Positions 1 through 14,287 of a stretch of DNA of 64,000 nt are shown piece after piece. The position numbers and the translations under genes were made by a program. The notes beneath the pieces are model-generated. The model had not been told where the DNA came from. It did no database searches and was given only the letters and a program-made list of their open reading frames with translations. The first letter of the stretch is position 1. Every line of letters begins with the position of its first letter. The stretch comes from Eledone cirrhosa (Eukaryota): NCBI GenBank assembly GCA_964016885.1, contig OZ024740.1, forward strand, positions 344,906,001 through 344,970,000, read 5' to 3'.

Positions 1-372
1 TATCGCCCGATTGAATGGGTGTGCTTTGAATATGCGCTTGTGGAGAAGTGGAGGACTAGTAGGAGGAGGTACTTACCCTCCCGGTCAGTGTGACCGTGGC
101 TTTTTGTGGGCTTTCTACATAAGTGACCGTCGGACATTTCCCCACTAATGTGGGATGTTGATTTGGTTTGAATTTTAGAGTTTTCATTGTTTTGATTCAT
201 ATCTTTACATGCAAAATCCCGCACCTTATCGTTATTTGCTGCTCTGTACCATCTGGTGCAGTCTTTAATGTTTTCTTAATGTGAGACATGTATGGCTAAT
301 AAAGAAATTCTTCTTCTTCTTCTTCTTCTTCTTCTTCTTCTTCTTCTTCTTCTTCTTCTTCTTCTTCTTCTT
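1..372 (+). mobile_element. Probable 3' end of a non-LTR retrotransposon ending in AATAAA and a (TTC)n tail
   Basis: AATAAA at 298-303 directly followed by a pure (TTC)n run (308-371); no coding part visible in the window. Confidence 0.35.
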
Positions 373-407
373 TCTCAATCAGAAACAATTATTATTATTA
401 TAGAACA

Positions 408-622
408 TAGGTGGATCGGTAGAGAGTTGAACAACTTGTTTTGCAGTACAGAGTTATATCCGTTTACGTTCGGCGTTCAACTCACACCATTGTTAACTTT
501 GCCTTTCAGCCTTACGGATTAGATAAAATAAAGTACCATTAACACATTTGTGTCGATTTGATGAATATTTACTTCCCCAAATATTGTTGGCCTTGTGCCT
601 AAATATGAAACCATTATTATTA
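408..622 (+). mobile_element. tRNA-type SINE, old diverged copy
   Basis: Shares gttaactttgcctttca..gataaaataaagtacca and ggccttgtgcctaaa..gaaac(a)attatt with about 10 other copies in the window. Confidence 0.75.
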
Positions 623-3394
623 TTTCATTGCCTTTTCCGCTTACATACTCTTGTGATAGAATTTGGGAAAGGATAAAAAAAGCCATCGTGAATTCTCGTT
701 TTATTTTTGCTTTTTGCTTCATCAGGTCGTCTTTAGTTTTAATTTCCGAATGTGAGTAGATATTTCTAAAATATAAACCACTCTCTTACTGGAATAATCT
801 GTAGTCTTCTGCCTATCGTAGAAACCATTATTTGAGCAGAACCTCATTAAATTTAACAACGGTTGTGACGAAGACGACGACGACGACGGCCATTATCCCA
901 GCGCCAGCACTGCCACAGCCACCACGATGTCGAAGTTATCTATGACTGCCATGATGTTACAGCATTACGCCCCGAACACAGCAATGATGTGAAATTACCC
1001 ACCTCATATTGTTAGTTGTAACATGATAGCTTATAGTTATTGCAGAAACCCCCCCACGCAATATGATCTTGTTTCGTCTGGGTAGATGCACAAACCTTTT
1101 CCGGCAACTCACTATTCACAACGTGCTCATAATTCTTCATTTCATCTCAGATGTCACACAATACGATGAAAAGTTTTATGATCAGGATTGACACATGTGA
1201 TGAAAAATGTGATACATGTGAACTCAGTTCTAGTTTCTCATTATTCTTTCCATCTGCTTCTGTCTCTCCTTCTCCCCCACACTCTCTATCTGTCTAACTA
1301 CATATATATATCTACATGTTATTCTCTTCTTCTCTTCAATCAATGCTTTTTTTTTCTCAACTAGTTTTGGGGATTTGTATATTTTTTAAATTTTCATTTC
1401 TATGTCTCATAAAAGGTCCTTATTATCAATGTACCTTTACTGGATATTTATCGTTTTTCCTCTAAGTGTACTAATTCATACTCCTGCTTCTTGTATGAGA
1501 TACTTTGCTCTGACTGAAAAGAACATATATAACATATACAAACATACTTTCACACATATACCACCGACACAACAATGAGCACGTAATCACACTAACTTTC
1601 TCATATTTTCTCCGTGGTATATTTCCTTATGTCAAAACGAATTGTTTAATCCTTTGAATAAGTCACCAGGTAATATATGGTGCGAGATCTATAAATCAAA
1701 TGCATCGATTTCAAAATAATACAGGTACCTTTAGAATATATCCTGTTGGAAGTTCTGAAATGTGTTGTGAGTGTTGGCTGTCTGTATTTCCATATCTATT
1801 TGAAAACGTATTTAATTTTGTGAATTTTTTAGTCGGGATGAGTTCATTTGACGCTAGCCTTCCTGGTTATTCAGTATTATCGATCATATGAAGGGAAACA
1901 TATTTCTTTAACCTGAAATATATTTTTATCTTTAAGACCAGCGTATCTTAAACTTGGTTAGCAAAAAAATACGTAATACGATTTAAAAAAATGCTGATCT
2001 ATATTTGTACTGCAATTGCCACTATCATGGTTTTAATAGGACTTTAAATGAAACAAAAAATGCTTTAGGTAGAGAATGTGTTAATGAAACAAAATATTAT
2101 ATTATATTTTTATAATTTTCATTTCAATGACATCTTATTTCGGTAAACAAACTTTTGCAAACGTTGATTCAGACAAAGATAGAATTTAGAAGCACCCGTT
2201 TATTTTCTCTCTACAACGTAAAACATTATCTAAACTCACGGAATCCACGCTGAGCCTTTGGCGATGGTTTTTAGTCAGTTCTATATTTTGACAGTCATTT
2301 GTAATTATTTCATTTTTATTTCAAGTGTTGATGTTAATTCTCGTACAAAGTCATGTAGTACATTTATAAGATATAAGCTCGTTATTATATATGAAGAAAT
2401 GTTATATAAATTCGTCAGTTGTGGAATTCAAATTTTGTATTTGTTATTAAGCATAGATTTACTCGAAAGGAAATTTAAAATAGATATCATAAATGTATGC
2501 AGGCAAGCTATATCTATAATAGGATGTGTTAAAATCGCTGAGACAGTAGTAGCATGATTGAGTGATAAATCAGAATGTTGAAAAATGTCATTCTGTCTAT
2601 TGCTAAATTATTGATGGCAGTGCCCAAGCATGGCCACAAACATTTGGGTGGAAAAAGTAATATAGTAATAGAATAATATGATCATAAATAATATTGTCTG
2701 AGAAGTAGTTATTTAAAATGTTTGAAAGAAATTCTCAATCTATAATGCCATACCCAATGTTTCTATGACTATAATGTTATGGAAACCCCGTATATGAGAA
2801 GGCTGTTTGCTGAACAACTCCGCAAAGAAAACAATGGCAGGAGCACAATATTAGATTAGTTGAAATTACCATTAAACAAACATTTTAAAACCATGTTTCA
2901 CCCTTTAAACATGCAGACAAATTAAATACTTCGTCATTACTAATCTATATATTGTACTTAGACTGCATACTATAAAATCAAAGGAGGAGGAGCTAGAGAA
3001 GAATTTGACTTATATAGATGATCTGAGAAATGCAAGAGTTACACTAAGTAAAGACCATAATCTTCCATCGATTGAAAACGTCCAACGATTCACACACTTC
3101 TAAAATGGAAAGAAAATCAGCATTTAGATGAACAGTCACAATATAAAACTGATCAATTGTCCCAACGTTCTCTTTACTTTTATCCTTGGTTAATATTTGG
3201 TTTTGCTTTGCCTATAGTCTTCTCCTGCTAATGGGAGACAGCGGTGCCATCCTCCCGATGGACTCACATGATAGCCGCATCTGTCCCACAGGTGACAGAC
3301 AGTCTTCTACATAAACCCATAAGTCACCAATACTCGACCACTGGAAGTTTACGTACAGCACATCATAGATATTATTTCTTTTTTCATCATCCAC

Positions 3395-3700
3395 ATTCGG
3401 TTTATTTCTACCGCTAGTTATTTATTTATAGATCGCGTCTCCATTATCTTGCTACATATATTGTGATCTGTATTGATTAGAACATTTTTTTTTCTTTGTA
3501 GTCTTTAATTATATTATCTGCTTCGATTGGTTTCGATCTCCCTGTCTGAATGTATTGGCTTAACACAGAGAATGGTTGCTTTGACATTCTCTGATTCATA
3601 TTCTGGTATGTGTCTGTGCCATTTTTCTCTGTGTATATGTCCCTACCCTCTCATGTCTCTGGATGTATTCCTTTTTTGCTTTCGCTTGTAAAAAAACATC
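3395..3700 (-). pseudogene. R4/Dong-like LINE fragment (zinc knuckle-adjacent and REL endonuclease region)
   Basis: Minus strand reads KAKKEYIQRHERVGTY..EKWHRHIPE..ENVKATILCVKPIHSDREIETNR, matching the Y..RHD.V...KWY.H.PE..ILWD..I.TDR.I..NRPD pattern; frameshifted. Confidence 0.55.
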
Positions 3701-4483
3701 AACATTCTCATGAGACAGGCTTACCAAAACATACACATAAAACTAGCCAATGAATGGCCAAAACTTTATTGTCTCCTCCAATAATGATCAGTGCAACAAG
3801 TATTCCATCCAAACCTGGAGATATCCTTATATTTATCTCCTTGATAGAAGACCTTACCTAAACAATGATTCGACCATTCATAACCTTTGACACAGATCCC
3901 TTTTACGGCAGTCGATTACTTATCTCCTTATCAACTACAGATGAGTTATCAAACAGGTCTTCAAAGTGTTCGGTCTACCGAGTCATGATTCCTGCTGGAT
4001 ATTTGATGACGAATTAAAGTCTCTGCAGTTAAAAGTCTCTGCATCTTGCTGAAACTCCAGATCACCAATTATTCTTCAGATTTCGAGGTTTGACATTGTA
4101 TATTTGAAAGCTTTCTCAAAGACGGTTCTGACTAAACACTTTACAACAAGGCACATCTCATACAGCTTGTGTTCTTCAATGAGTCTAGTGATTCCAGCAA
4201 CATTATCATCAAACCTGACTCGGTGTTTTGTCTTCTTAAGGCATAGAACAACGGTTCCAGAACTGTAAACACGTACTTGGAACAGTTCCTAATTTCTTCT
4301 AAAGACCACCATGTGTAGTCAGCAATGACCCAACCATGCAGTGGATTGGACTGGGTAACGTGTCACCTGTTACACCCAGGAGTGACGTGACAAAAGTTCA
4401 CGCAAACACGTATTCACATCTTTATATATTTATATATATATATATGAGGGTGTTAAAGTTTGCTTGAAGCATTGTGAAATATG

Positions 4484-4722
4484 TAAAATATGTAGTTTAG
4501 AAAGCCACAACAATGCAGATGGGAAATCTCGAGGTAGGAAGTGAGTCGAATTGATGGGCGTGAGCCCGAAATATTGGGATTAAATCTCCACTACGGTAAC
4601 CCTTCTACCTTTGTTTTGTTTTCCTTTTTGTATCATTTTCCACTTTTCTCCTATTTCTCACTCACTTCCTAGCTCGAGATTTCCCATCTGCATTTTAGTG
4701 GCTTTCTAAACTACATATTTTA
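4484..4722. mobile_element. Fold-back (MITE-like) element in a (TA)n context
   Basis: ~62-bp inverted arms 4484-4546 and 4660-4722 (taaaatatgtagtttagaaagccac...gtggctttctaaactacatatttta); degenerate HHR-like stem at 4551-4576. Confidence 0.7.
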
Positions 4723-4743
4723 TATATATATATATTATATATA

Positions 4744-4774
<31 letters not shown>

Positions 4775-5284
4775 ACTTTGATAACTTTGATAGGTTTCGG
4801 CCAGCATTGGCCCAGGCCATGTCTAACTTAATAGCACCACCTGGCGAAGTCTTACAAATCAGTGTTTGGGCACCATGTCCCACTCGAGTAGAGAGTTATT
4901 GTTTACGGAGGCATATCCGGGTGTAGGAGGCTTATCCGGGATTTCTTGAAGGAATTTATCCAAAGACTTCTTGAACTTGATGGGGTCTGTCTCTGCTTTG
5001 ATGTGTCTTGGTGTAATGTTAAAGAGTGCAGGGCCAATTGAGGTGAAATAATTGTGCCGTATTGTTGTTATGTGATGGGAGTGAGATTTTTGTCGTGGGC
5101 GGATAGCACGGGGCCCAAGCCTTGGGTGTACATTAAAGGTGATGCCGACATCATTTGGGCAAAGCTGATGGAATATTTTCCACATCATACAGATAATGTA
5201 GCGCTCACGGCGACGTTGGCGAGAATAAAGTTTGAGCTTTTCTATTCGACTCCAATAGTCAAGGCCTGTCATGCCATCTATCAT
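4775..5284 (-). mobile_element. 5'-truncated CR1-group LINE: RT C-terminus plus 3' UTR and tail
   Basis: ORF 4859-5284 YWSRIEKLKLYSRQRRRERY...FKKSLDKFLQEIPDKP.TPGY..NSLLEW; ends in a stem-loop and (atcaaagtt)x2 tail abutting (TA)n. Confidence 0.8.
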
Positions 5285-5516
5285 ATATATATTTATTAAA
5301 ATAACAGATTAAAATTTAAGCAAAGAATCGCTGCTTTCATCCTTATCGGGATCTTCTGAAACTCTTTGCTTAAACTTTAATCTGTTATTTTAATAAATAT
5401 TTGCTCTACGGTTCATATATATTTAATATATATTTATCCTTATCGAGCCCTCTTTGGATTTTAGTCTTCAATTTTATTATTATTACTATTATTCTTCTTA
5501 TTATTATTATTACTAT

Positions 5517-5549
<33 letters not shown>

Positions 5550-5846
5550 GACCTCCACCCCGCTCATTAAGCGAATGAGGATTGGGATCGTGTCGATCCA
5601 CTGTCGACATATATATACGTATATACTGAAGATACAGCCAGTTAGCCGCCAAGAACAAGATGTTGAAACAGCAATAGCTCAGCCCACGTGTTCCCAGTAT
5701 AACGATACTCTACCACCCCAAGTATCGAGTATCCTGTTGAGTAATTTTCTAATCATTTTCAAACTGAATCCTTCCTGATATATATATATATATATATAAA
5801 TAATGAGAGAGAGAGGGGGGAGATACGTAGAGAGATAGATAGAAAC

Positions 5847-5924
<78 letters not shown>

Positions 5925-5953
5925 ATATATATATATATATATATGCACACATT

Positions 5954-5986
<33 letters not shown>

Positions 5987-6674
5987 GTGTATGTGCGTGT
6001 GTATTTATGTTTGTGTGTATATCTTTTATAATCATACATATATATATCTGCATATAAGTATATAAATACACACATATAACGTATTTACTTACATATATAG
6101 TTGCATAAAAAATATTTAAGGTTCAGTATGTGTAAACGTTTGTCTATACTGCTGATTTATTTTGTTTTACTTATGTGAAACTCTTTATACTCGTCTACAC
6201 GAATATCTGTAGGCATTTCTTGAAGATGAATTGCATGACTACAAAAATACTTTTAGTTTCATTTACTTATATAGGTCTGCAGATATTAATTTCTTTCAAG
6301 CGTGAAACATATAATCTACATTCACGTATAAAAAAGTCCTTTGTGTATGCGTACGTGTGAACCTTGATGTATTATGTAGTATAAGAATGTTTTTCTCCCT
6401 GTCTATCTTCCTTTTCTTCTCTCTATGTGTCTCTCCTTTTCTCACTTACTCACTCATTCTTTGTTTGTGTTCGAAACTATCTGTACTTTGAAGGCTCTAC
6501 GTGTGTAGAAATCCATTGTTATATCTGTGGAATCAAAGCGAATCTCTGGCTGTTGAGTTGTAATATTTTGAGATGAATGGACACATACCAAATTATTTGT
6601 TAGATATAATAAACTTATTCGTATGAATATAGATATGTATAATCATACACAGTCATATATATATGTGTGTGTGT

Positions 6675-6745
<71 letters not shown>

Positions 6746-6780
6746 ACAATTTAGCTTCGAACATAGCTGTATACAAATAT

Positions 6781-7062
6781 GTATTTGAATTTCGTATTTC
6801 TAAACAAATATTTTACGTCTAGAAATAAACATTTAGAAACCCATAGCTATGAAAAGTACTTTTCAAAGCCACCAGTTGCAAAAGCGGGAGAGATCCTCCT
6901 GACGAGAACCAGTCGAGGTGGAAATGCGTCGACGTCCGTCCCCCTTGCTTCTACCAGACACCGCTGGGTGGCGTTAGCTGCTAGTGTTTTTCATAGCTAT
7001 GGCTTTCTAAATATTTACGTTTAAACATACCATATTTCTTTAGAGATGCGAAATTGAAATAC
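6781..7062. mobile_element. Fold-back element with a central hammerhead motif
   Basis: Imperfect inverted arms (atttagaaacccatagctatgaaaa / tttttcatagctatggctttctaaat and aatttcgtatttctaaa / tttagagatgcgaaatt) between (GA)n and (CA)n; homologous to 21796-22165. Confidence 0.65.
6895..6934 (+). ncRNA. Type I hammerhead ribozyme motif, partly degenerate
   Basis: cctc-CTGACGA-ga-acc/agtcga/ggt-g-GAAA-tgcg-TC-gacg; core intact, one helix I mismatch, GUC site. Confidence 0.55.
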
Positions 7063-8779
7063 CTACAGACACACACACGCACGCACACACAGACTCACAC
7101 ACACATATATATGTACGCGTGTCTGTATTGTATATCTATATGTGTATATGCAGAAGATCATTCAGTAGTAGGTTATCAGAAAAATTCAAAGTTACAGTAA
7201 TATATAATAACTAAAGTAGTCATCTTTATGCACAAACCGATGTATTAGTTCTCATTTGAATAGTATATGTGTTGCATTCCAAGGACAGGGAATAATAATG
7301 ATATACCTGATGCCTTATACTTATACATGACTTTTAAAAACCTAGACGCAATAAAACATGTAGTCTGCGAAATTAACATCGAATATGTAGACACGTTATA
7401 AACATCTCTGAAAATATGTTATAACAATATCTTAAAGTATTGAGGTATGATTTAATGGTCTAAACCCAATAAAATGCAGCAATAAGAATATCATATTGGA
7501 AGATATGTATGTTTTTAATAATTTAAAATTATACTAAGAAAAGATCCCACATAATATGAAACAATGCAGGTGAAATTTTCTTGAAATACACCTATTTGAA
7601 CAAAGTTATTTCAGATAAAGAGAAATGGATGCTATGCTAAATATTAAAAAGAAAACATTACTTCAGCAATTGTTTATTGTAGCAAGGCTGCATTTTTTGT
7701 CCATTTTTATTTGTGTATATGCTAGAGACGTTTCTACCATTTATAGGATCCTAAATGAAAGAGATATGGAAATAAACTTAAACTGAATATGAAGAAATAC
7801 TTTTATATGGGTGATTTGTTTTCATTTTCGTATACTGAAGTATTTGGTATCACGTTGTTGAGGTGAGATTCTCAATATTTATTTTGATAATTCAATAAGG
7901 TAATCAGTTAATAAGGTTCTAATACAAAGTTCATTGCATTGTTGGTTCAGTGCTGCTTTTATTATCGAGTAGTAAATACGCTGGTTTTGATCAAGTTCCA
8001 TCAGTTGTTATGATGTTATAACATTATTTTATTGTCTTTTGCTTTTCATAACCTGAATGAATCCCCAAAATGTAAGAACTCGAAGACTCGTTAAAATAAA
8101 ATTGATTGATTGATTTTGCTTTTCATCTTTCTCATGGAATAAGAAAAGGCCATTTCACTGCTTGAGAAAAATCCCGAGACTTCACTCCCCTCCAAATAAC
8201 AAATGCTCTTCTGTTTTCTTTATCATCACGTTGGACTGGGGAGACAATTTCAGTTGCCGTAAAAAACACTAGCCAGAAGATCTAGGACGTGTGAAGAAAA
8301 GCAAAAATCCCTACCAAAACGGAAAACATCCGCACTTCAATTGAGAAATTGTAAGAGGAGTATCAAGGACTGAAAATGAGAAAGCAATTGCAAAGCGAAA
8401 ATGTATTCTCGCAGAAATATGATATTCCAAGCCTGGACGCGCTCGGACGAAATGATGTTTCATGTGAAGACAAAGTTTTACTTGAGACACTGGGTAAAGA
8501 TCAGATGTCATTCAGAAAAAAAGAAGATTATGAATACGAAAGTAAGGAGAAAGCAGGATGAAGAAGTCTAATAAAGTAGCTCCTGAAAGTTTGTCATCCA
8601 GCTCACGTATTGATGATGATCACTGCGAATAAGGACAACTTTCGACGCCACACTTGTTGCCTCTTCGGAAAGGGAGATATAATATGTATAGCAAGCAAGT
8701 AGTTCTTACATCACAATTTTGGAGTCTTTGTCATGATGTCTGAATTTTCGATTTAACCCTCACTTAATCGAGCAAGAAC

Positions 8780-9520
8780 CAATCACTGTGAGATGATGGC
8801 TCACGAAATCGAGTTATTCGCTTTCCCACACGAGGGCAGATCCTATCTACTCCTCAATTGGGGTGGAGAATTACTACCGGCTTCCTGATAAAGCACACTC
8901 GAACATTGGATTGCAGTTTTAGTTACAGAAAAAAAGAACGGGGGAGCTCTTATGTGTTCCTGTAGAGAGAGGTGAAAATGGACAATAAATCGTTGAAGAT
9001 TTTTTTCAACAAACTTCAATGACTCGCAATTAAGGATAGAGTAAATGGTATGTCCTTTGACACCACCGCCAGTATCACTGGCCGGCACAAATAGCCAATA
9101 AAAACATTGAGTTAGCTCCGAAAAAATCCCTATTGTAGCTGACTTGCCACCATCACATTATTGAACCGGTTTTGAAGATAGTGTTCGAGATTGTTTCCCA
9201 TCATCTGGTCCCAGTTTTCCAATATTCAAAGAGTTCAAGGAACGTTTGGACTCCACCGATAAGACATATTATCAAAGTATCCTGGATGATGGTGAGCCCT
9301 TGGAAGGTTTTACTAGTAAAGGAGACGGGTAATGTTTGAATGTTTACTGACTGAACTGGTTTCTGGAGATCATTCCTGAGAAGAATATGTCAAGTTCACA
9401 GAGCTTTTCTTTCTATATCGTAGTGGTTTGTTATCTCCCTCATTCTCCTTATAATCCCAGGAGCTTACCACCATGCTCGTTTGATGGCTAACGCCACATA
9501 AGTTAATCAAGATAGTTCTC
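8780..9520 (+). pseudogene. hAT-like DDE transposase relic (CxxH type)
   Basis: Frameshifted motifs IAVLVT..ELLCVP, MSFDTTASITG, LTCHHHIIEPVLKIVF, SSGP.FPIFKEFKE, PGAYHHARLMA. Confidence 0.65.
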
Positions 9521-10584
9521 TTCAAAGAACAACGTAAGCTTTAGCTTAGACTATGTAAGTCATGAAATATACAAAATGAAATTTCTTTTCACCCACAATA
9601 TTATTTTGTATTTCTTCTAGCTTATTTTCATTTTATTTAGTACTACCGTGTGGTTTCCTCATTGGATTCAGTAAAGAGAACATAAAGGACAATATACAAA
9701 TTACACATGTACGCACAAATTAATAAATATACAGACATACATATATGTAACTAAATGTAATATGCTTACATATATGTAACTAAATGTATATGTACACACA
9801 AACATTCATATAAAATGATGTACAAGAAATCATATTAAAATCTATTTAAAAAATTATAAACATACGTATACTCGCATATAAACCAAAACATATATATATA
9901 AATATATACATATGTAGTTGGTGGAGCGGGAATGAGTAAAATATATAGAGAGATGTAGTTTAAAATTAAAGAATACGTACGATGAAGATTATGGGAATAC
10001 AGAACTATAGAAAATGATGTATAGAGCTATGATATCTAAGGAAGGTGGAATGTATGATAATGGTAATTTTGGAAGCTATGATGGGTAAATGAGGGAGTGG
10101 TGGCAGGGTGGTAGTTGTGTTTAGTAAATATGTGAAATATATGTGAAATATATAAGTTATATTAGGTATGAATATAATATATAGAGTTATAAAGATTATG
10201 GAAATATAATATCATGGAATTACATATAATGATGATAGTGGGGGTGGGGTTAGGTATTGTGTGTGTCAGGCAAATATCATAACATAATAAAAGGAGGAGT
10301 GTGGGACTGTGTCCTGAATATATCTTTTTAATCTCGTTAGTAAAATAAGTTGGATTACTTTGAATATATAATGAATGAATACTACATAACTTAATATAAA
10401 TTAATATAAATAATTTTATTGTTTATTTCAAGATTCACTTCTTTTAACATTTTCAAATGTGAGTACTTCCGGTTATGATATAATGAGCGCTATAGTAGAT
10501 CGCTTATATAAACTTTCATATACTTGCATCATTATAGAAGGTTTATATTTCCAGTGCTAATTTTCTCCTTATTAGTTTTCCTTA

Positions 10585-10770
10585 TATGGCAGTATCAGTA
10601 GAGGGTCGGACGCCATGCTTTGCAGCAAAGAGTTACGGCCCTTTATGGTCTGAGTTAAAATCCCGCCAAGGTTAACTTTGCCTTTCACCCTTACGGGGTC
10701 GATAAAATAAAGTACCAGTAATACACTGGAATAATTGCTGGCCGTGTGCCAAAAGTAGAAACAATTATAT
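10585..10770 (+). mobile_element. tRNA-type SINE
   Basis: Box A-like tggcagtatcagt, box B-like gagttaaaatcc, shared body and tail. Confidence 0.85.
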
Positions 10771-11519
10771 TTCACCGTATATATAATATCTTTTTATTTT
10801 TAAATTGTATTACTTTACTGATTACAGAAGAGAGTGTAACACAGTCTCTCTGCAATTTCTGTGCATATTCTCAATTACGATTTTATTTCATGAATCATAT
10901 ATACTTGCAGGTGTATTTGCGTATAATATGCACACTACACATACTAACAGAAAACCACCCAAAGATATAATGTGTGAGAAAGAAACGAAGTAAGGAAAAA
11001 TGAAAAGGGAAAGTGTAAATGAAAGTTTAAAAGTTGGAAAGATAACAAAAATAACAAAATGACAACAATGAGGGGATGGAAGAAAATAAATTAAATCTTA
11101 AATAATTTATAATTTGAATAAAAATTTAAACTTTAAAAATTACAAAATTTAAAGATTACAATTTAATAATAAAAAAAAAATTGAAATTAAAAACATTTTA
11201 AATAAGAAATTAAGAATTGAAAATCTATTATAATGATATAATCAATATAAAGCAAAATAAAATTTAAGGGTGGTAGAGGTCATGGAATATGGGATTATGG
11301 AATATAATGTATAACATATGACATACAACACGTAAGAGAGGTGAACTATATGAAACATTGTTTTGATGCTAGGTTACCCTCAGTTAGGGAGGCTTAGGGT
11401 GTGGCAGTATTTACCGAGATATAGATTCTAACCTGGATAGAGGGCGTCTTTAGACATTTACACAATCCTGCACATTTCGTTATCCAGTAGGTATTGAAAC
11501 GACACAAGCAGAACATTAT

Positions 11520-11940
11520 TAGGTGAATTGGCAGTATCGGTAGAGGGTTGGACGCTATGCTTTCTAGCATAGTTACGTCCCTTTACGGTCTGAGTTCAAA
11601 TCCCGTCTAGGTTAACTTTGCCTTTCATCCTTACGGGGTCGAAAAAATGAAGTACCAGTAATGTACTGGGTAATTGCTGGCCTTGTGCCCAAAGTAGAAA
11701 CAATTATTATGTGTAAGCATAATAATTGTTTCTACTTTTTGGCACAAGGCCAGCATTTACCAGTGCATTACTGGTACTTTATTTTATCGACGCCGTCTGT
11801 AAGCATAATAATGTTCTGCTTGTGTCGTTCAAATCCCGTCGAGGTTAACTTTGCCTTTCATCCTTACGGGGTCGATAAAATAAAGTACCAGTAATGTATT
11901 GTTTTAATTGCTGGCCTTGTGCCTAAAGTAGAAACAATTA
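11520..11940. mobile_element. Rearranged SINE cluster: full copy (+), inverted tail (-), 5'-truncated copy (+)
   Basis: 11520-11708 (+), 11721-11791 (-), 11827-11940 (+); box A tggcagtatcgg and box B gagttcaaatcc in the first copy. Confidence 0.85.
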
Positions 11941-12628
11941 TGTGTAAGCAGTAGGACAGTGTTTCCTCCCAAAAGATGAAAATGCTCGATGATGAGGCAT
12001 ATATAAATATATAATAAAATGCCATAGTTTGCTTCAAGCAGTGTATATAATATATATCTTTGAAAGAGATAGAAGGCTAAACAATGCAAAATGGACAGTA
12101 ATGTGAGGTAACGAAAACTAAAAGTTACGTGGTAATCTTTGTTCTGTTTTGTGTTCTGTTATCTGTCCAACATTTAGGGATCTAAAGTCCCTTCGGGATC
12201 TAAAGTCCCTGTTTAAGGAACATTCAGTGGATAACGTTCCAAGTTCCCCTCTTTGGGATAATATACGAGTATATATAAATACATATATACTTTCGGGTCC
12301 AGAATAATATCAGGTGGTATAAGTGGGTAGGAGGTTGAAATAAGAGGGGGGGGGGGGTCGGTAAATGTTCTAGGCTGTCTTCTTTGATTAATTTAAAAAT
12401 CAGAATTAATCGTTTAGTGTACATATTGAGTCCCCATCCCAGCATATTTTATTTATAATGAATTTCTATTAATGTACTCTTTTTGTCATGACAGTAATTT
12501 TGAAACAAACATTTGCCAGAGAAATATGCAAAATTTAATAAGCGAGGACGTTGAAATAAAAGCGGCTGTTAGGGGTGGGGCTAGAAAATTGTGTAGGGTG
12601 GGGAGTGATTATTCGAGACCCCAAATTA

Positions 12629-12674
<46 letters not shown>

Positions 12675-12826
12675 CGAAATAGTTCTAATCCTGTAAAATT
12701 CATTTGTATATGAAAAAAAGATATTTATACTCTACCAATGTAATGTGTCCCTTCTTTAATTGCGGTCACTTTCGATCCCCATCGGGAACCTTCCTCTATC
12801 GATATCTATACATCTGCCTATGTATG

Positions 12827-12867
<41 letters not shown>

Positions 12868-13054
12868 TATATATAGATATATATAGGAGTTTCCTGTGTA
12901 AGTTATCCAAATTAACGTATCGCAAAGCAGGTTCCATTCTATGATTTATAACAAAGAATAGAGTTATGTAATCCTGTTAAAATTAGAAATTCATATCACA
13001 TTCTACCCATTTCTGAAAGAAAGGGGCATTCACCGCTTATTTTTGTGTACAGAA

Positions 13055-13097
<43 letters not shown>

Positions 13098-13670
13098 ATG
13101 TATATATACATATACATATATATATGTATATATATATATGTATAAATATATATACACACACATATATATACATACACATATATATATTTATCCACATATA
13201 TATATAGAAATAAACATATAGGTATGTTTATATGTATATGTATACATACATATACATCTCTCTCTATATATATAAATGCCTATAAATATATATAACATAT
13301 TTATATATATATATATGTGTGTATGTGTGAGTGTGTGTGTGTTAGTGTGTGTGTGTGTGGGGGGGGGGGGGGGTGTTTATGTATGTGTTTATGAATGTAT
13401 GTCTCAAGGTTTCTTGCACAGAATATATATCATTTATCCTTGTGTATATGGGATTTTGTGTGCTTGTTTGCGAATATGTACGTATTAAATGTCTCACTGA
13501 CATTTCTGTCTTCGGCATCGTGCCAATGAAGTAAAGCATTATGTGTATTTGTGTATATAGTCGTACATAAAGTTATAGACGTAGATATGTAAATACGACC
13601 GTACGTATTTATGTATGTATGAATATATGTATGGTGTACTTATCTAACTAAGTATGTGTGTATGCATATA

Positions 13671-13759
<89 letters not shown>

Positions 13760-13802
13760 GCATACACACATACTTACTTATATACATACAACATACATAT
13801 AT

Positions 13803-13907
<105 letters not shown>

Positions 13908-14231
13908 GCTATTTTATTAAGAGCATCGTTCGACATAATGTGCTATTGTTGGGTTTGTCTAAAATTGTCATCAGTGTTATTGCCATTGTTCATGTTGCTG
14001 TAGTTTTTAAGACTCTGTGATGTTTTCATTGTTGATGTTATTGATGTTGTCATTATTTGCAATGTTTTTATATCACAGTATTTGTCTATTATATTTTTTG
14101 TTTCGCATAATATTGTATTCATTTGTCTACATCTTTACTTACGTAACTACTGGTTATTTTTGCTGTTGTTGTTGTCATTGTCTTTATTATTATTATCAAC
14201 ATTATTGTTGTTGTTGTTGTTGTTGTTGTTG

Positions 14232-14287
<56 letters not shown>

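Noticed and set aside
5325-5365. Minus-strand cagaag-atcc/cgataa/ggat-GAAA-gcagc, and similar weak hits at ~10817, ~11988, ~54950 and ~63930
   Set aside because: Each needs two or more core changes, which is plausible by chance in 64 kb
11520-11610. tRNA gene
   Set aside because: Boxes A and B belong to the SINE head; spacing is too long and no cloverleaf forms
12763-12800. Minus-strand HHR-like stem (GAGGAA-ggttccc/gat/ggggatc-GAAA-gtgac)
   Set aside because: Core lacks CU, and there is no valid cleavage site or helix I; at most a relic
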